A DNA stretch of 64,000 bases, from assembly GCF_009914755.1 (NCBI RefSeq), contig NC_060935.1. The stretch is one strand, 5' to 3'. Below are positions 59,481-64,000 of the stretch, in pieces. How positions within the stretch are numbered: position 1 is the first letter of the stretch; each line of letters begins with the position of its first letter. Position numbers and translations under genes: made by a program. Under the pieces are notes generated by a model that saw only the letters and a program-made list of their open reading frames with translations, was not told where the DNA came from and did no database searches. This stretch comes from the human T2T-CHM13v2.0 reference genome, Homo sapiens.

Positions 59481-61049
59481 CCACAGGCCAACAGCCTGAA
59501 TGTATACAGCATTATGCTAACAGCAGTTATTTCTGAATGGAGAGACTACAGATGTCTTTTATTTTCTTCATTCTGCTACTTGGTATCTGAATTTTTGTAA
59601 TGAGCGCATATTAATTATATTACCTAAGAAAACAACAAAGCTCTTTGAATTTATTATTATTTTAATAACCTGGGAACTAAGAAAGAGGCTCCAGTAGAAG
59701 CCACCATGGAAGGAGTAAGGGCCTAGTGGGAGTCAGGCCAAAGAGCATAGGCGAAATCTCCTGAGATACTTGGTGGAGTAAAGTTAGTTGGAATTAAAAA
59801 ACCAACTAACTTATGACTCCTCCACTGCCTCGCAGTTTCCAGACATCCGCAAAAATGCCTGGTGCACGGGTCACTGTTTCACAAAGGGTCTTCTGCCTCA
59901 TAGCTTCCCATCCCCAAGCAGCGGGGCCCAGAAATTTGCCCACATCCTTCCATCCAGCAAATGTTTTTATCTGGGTCCTACTTAGGTTTCAGCCAATTCT
60001 TTGCTGAGCAACTTGGCTTCCTGTTTTCCTTGGGAACCAGACTCTTTTTAAGTTGGAGCCATAAAAAGAATGAAATCCTTTACCTGATACTTTTCTATTC
60101 GGGTATTCAAGCCTGCCACAGACGGAGGCCCTGTGGGCCACTCTCTCGTTGTGGGCACTGGCATCTTAGCCCAGCACTTTGAATAAGGCACATGTGAGAG
60201 TGAATGCTGCGCTTTTTTCATTCTTTTCTTCTCTCTCTCTTGTTTTTTTTCTGTTCTATTTCTAATTGAAAGCCATTGTCTTGAGTGAATGATTGTAGAG
60301 AAGGCTTACTCCTCATCTCAAAATGCCATCTCATAGGAGCAATGGGAGAAAGTGGTCCTGCCAGTCTGAAAGTTAAGAGACTTGGTTTCTCATAATTGTT
60401 CTGCCATTAAGTTGTTACGTGATCTTAGTCAAATCATGTTACCTCCCCGGGCCTCCGTTTCTTCATCTGCAAAATAAAGTTCTTTGCAGTGTTTCTCAAG
60501 TCCCTGCCCAAATCAGTGTTTGTTTAACTGAGGATGAACAGTGACACCTTGTGGTTCTCCTTGAGCCATGTCTTTGTTTTTTCTAGCCCAAGTTTAAGGG
60601 AGCCAAGGGTATCTTTGCCTGTTCCCCTGCCTGGCCCACCTACCCTAGCAGCTTCACTTAGCATGGCTCTAACCTGGTCTCCCCCTAGATTCAGAAAAGT
60701 GCATCCACCCTTTGTTCACCAGCTGCTTCCCAGCCTCAACTTGGCCAATGTTGCTAAAATCAAACTACAAGTAGACTGCAGACGCCAGCGTGAAGGCCTG
60801 TGCTTCTGTGGTGAGGTCTGCGGTTTGGTGTGAATGTGAGGGTATCAGCCCCAGGTGTTTTTTAGGGCTGCTAGTGCAGTCCCAGAGAGGGACCTGGGCA
60901 ACAGCTCAAGGAGCAAGACTGAAGATTTTACTGTTTTCCAGCACTCCTACGAATTTGTAAAATTATCAGATTCCAAATTGTTCTATGCCATAGTTTTTCC
61001 ATTCATAAAATAAGAAAAATCTGCCATAGCACTGCCTTCAAACTCAGTT

Positions 61050-62180
61050 AGTCTATTCATTCATTTACTTATTTGTTCTTCAAATATTTAATAAGCATCT
61101 TCCTGGTGCCAAGTTCTGAGCACCTACCTGTGCCAGTAGTCCGAACTTGAGAAGACACAGTCTCTACTTTTCAAGACCCTGTTCTTGTCTAATGAAGAAG
61201 AGAGAAGGAGGAAAAACTTCCATTGCCATGCAATAAGGTAAGCTTATGGCAGATAATGTGTACACATAATGGCATGGAAGCCTGGGGACAAACATCATAC
61301 TAGGCCTGGGAAGAATGTTTGACAGAGAACAGGACACTTAAATATGGACTTTTACAGAATGGAGTTTGCCAGAGGAGACTCTTCAGGAAGAGAGAACAGA
61401 GTGGGAATAGGTACATAAACATGATCTATCTAGATGCCCTACCGTAAAATCAAAACACAAAACCCTACTGACTCAATTCCCTCCCCTTCCAGATATTACC
61501 CCATTTCTCTACTTCCCATTGTAGCCAAACTTTCCAAAAATTCATGTTCTGTCTTCATTTCCTCATGTTCAACCCACCCTGTCTTAGCTACCACCCCTCA
61601 GTAACGACCTAGCCTGGGTAGAAACAAATGTCAGCATGATACCATACTCAATGATCCTTCGTCACTGTTGTCATTGTCATCATTCCATGGCCTTACTTTC
61701 CCTCTCAGCGCCATTTGCTACAGTAAGAAACTTTCTTTCTTGAATTCTTGTTTCTCTTGGCTTCCATGACACCCACTCTCCTATTCATGCTCCAGGTTCA
61801 CTGTCTGCTCCTTCCTGGTCTCCCTGTTCAGCTCCTCCTACTCCGTTCAACATTAAATGTCAATATTCTTTTCTTCTTTCTATCTAGGAAATCTCATTCA
61901 TTCCCATGGTTTTAAATGTCATGTACCAGCTCCTAAATTTTGTATATCCAAACCTGACCTCTGAAATCCAGTCTTAGCAACTAGTGAGGTCTCAGCTTAA
62001 ATATTACCTGAAGGTTGCGTGATCTTCCCTGACATTTGTCTTCTTATCTGCTTCTCGCTAGATTGAGAGCCCCACGCAGGCAGATTCATCCTTACTTTCT
62101 TCAAACTTGCATGTTTAATGATTAGAAAAGTTCCCAGGATACTCAAAAATTATTTGTTAACTAATTTCTGAATGAAATAT
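61050..62180. mobile_element. L2 fragments (minus ~61050-61420, plus ~61480-62180)
   Basis: attcattcatt...tgccaagttctg; ctcttggcttccatgacacccactctcc...cattcccatggttttaaat. Confidence 0.65.
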
Positions 62181-63125
62181 AAGTAAATTTAAGTATTTCA
62201 AATAGAATAAATCTGTGATTTTGATTGTTTTTAAGAAATTATTCACTCAATCCAGTTCAAGTTCAGCCAGGCAAGCCTCACAAAGGAGCATATGCTTAAC
62301 GTTTCAGGATGTGATCTAATTTTTAATTGTTTCTTGATACAAAGTATCACCTTTTTCTAGTGACTGTTTCTCCTCCTCCATCATCTACTCTTGCCCAGTG
62401 GGAGATTTCCCAGTGAAATCCCACCGATGATCTGAATCAGAACATTTCATTCTCCATGGTTATTTCAAGTTCACAGACTTTATTTGTGGCCCTTGTGGCA
62501 GTTGATACTTTTTCAGGAAATACTATAGTTGCAGCAGGCCCTGTTATAGCTTAGTGGATATTCATGTTGTGGATGCTTTTTTACCGAAACACACAGTAAC
62601 CAAGTATCCAGGAGCGGGAGCTAGAGACACTGTGGTCCAGACCTGTGGAAAAGGGAACACCACTCCTGGCAAAGGGAAGCAACAGGCAGCACATTTTGTT
62701 CAAAGAAACAAGGTGAACCCTCTTGGAGTTAAACTTGAGGCTGACATCCATTTCAGCTTGAGGCTTCCAAGGCACAAAGCAGCTCCCAGTAGCTGAGAGG
62801 GATCAAGAAATAGAATATCCTCATCTTTCCTTTGTAGCAAGAGCCTTCAGAAAGGAGGACCACTGGTCACCTGGAATGGAAAGTTATTATTAAAATAAAG
62901 CTCCAGTCACATTATTCAGGAAACTTTGGGAATGTTTATAAATAGATAAAAATAATAATGGCCAAGGAACATTCCTCTCTCCAAATCTCCCTGAGACAAT
63001 ACTGACCAAGTTAAACATGCCTTGTTTCTGAGATTGAGTCCCAGGTCTACCTCTGATAAATCAGATGGACAATTACTTAACCACTCTCAACTTTTATTTC
63101 CTCCTCTTTAAAATGGGCAAAATAT

Positions 63126-63270
63126 GACCAGGTACAGTGGCTCTTGCCTGTAATCCCAGAACTTTGGGAGGCTGAGACGGGAGGACTGCTTGAGCCCAGG
63201 AGTTAGAGACCAACCTGGGCAACATAGCAAGACCCCATCTCTAAAAAAAATAAACAAATAAAAATAAAAA
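63126..63270 (+). mobile_element. FLAM monomer inside a MIR (~63000-63390)
   Basis: TSD TAAAATGGGCAAAATA. Confidence 0.88.
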
Positions 63271-63674
63271 TAAAATGGGCAAAATAATGTCCTCACACCA
63301 TGACTATGAAGATTAAATGAGACAATACCTGTCAAGTGCAGATACAATACCTGGGACACAGTAGTAGCTCAGTAAAAATAAATACTTTCCATCCCTTGAT
63401 ATCTAAGCAGAAGAAAATGCCCTAAAGATATAGATATTCTCTAGAGAATTTTTTTCTACATTTGCTCAAACATATGAATAAATAATACAGCAGCCTAGAC
63501 AGGAAGGGACACCCAGCATTGAATTATAATTTGTGCTTTCCAGAGCTGTCTGCCTATTACCCTGGTATGTTTGTTCACCTTCATATTCCTGCATCTAACA
63601 GACTTCCTGGCATATAACAGGTGCACAAAATGTTTGCTGGCTTGAATTAAACTACACCTGCACTGTAGGTCCTA

Positions 63675-63900
63675 CCCTCATATGACTATTAAGCACTTGA
63701 AATGTGGTTAGTCTGAATTGATTGTGCTGTGAATGCAAAACACACAGCAGGTTTTGAAAATTTAGTAGCCCTTTTTTGGGGCTACTAAATGTAAAATATT
63801 TCATTATTAATTTTTATATCCATTACATGTTAAAATGATATATCACATACATCGGGTTCAATAATATATGTTAAAATTAATTTCACCTGTTCCTGTCTAC
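63675..63900. mobile_element. MER33 hAT element
   Basis: gactattaagcacttgaaatgtggttagtctgaattga...aaaattaatttcacctgtt. Confidence 0.8.
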
Positions 63901-64000
63901 TTTTTTTTTTTTTTTTGAGACGGGGTCTCTGTCGCCCAGGCTGGAGTGCAATGGTGTGATCATTGCTCACTGCAACCTCGAACTCCTGGGCTCAAGTGAG
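63901..64000 (-). mobile_element. AluJ (cut off by the window end)
   Basis: Poly(T) followed by gagacggggtctctgtcgcccaggctgg. Confidence 0.9.

Overview
This is primate genomic DNA, most likely hominine given an SVA_D-type insertion, and it looks intergenic or deep-intronic. I find no credible protein-coding exon, RNA gene or CRISPR array. The window opens with about 4.1 kb of SATR1/SATR2-type satellite: ~76-bp monomers switch to ~63-bp monomers, each built around a palindrome. The rest is a mosaic of Alu/FLAM, MIR, L2, old L1M and L1PA fragments, MaLR/ERVL solo LTRs and hAT MITEs. An old L1M body at 18.2-24.7 kb hosts three later insertions: a full-length SVA, a short L1PA that shares the SVA's target site, and a twin-primed inverted L1PA. 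Unique sequence includes a small orphan CpG island (46.9-47.35 kb), CTCF-like motifs and several short perfect inverted repeats. Repeat subfamily names come from memory of consensus sequences, and boundaries are approximate. I see no strong evidence of a new biological system; the best leads are listed as hypotheses.
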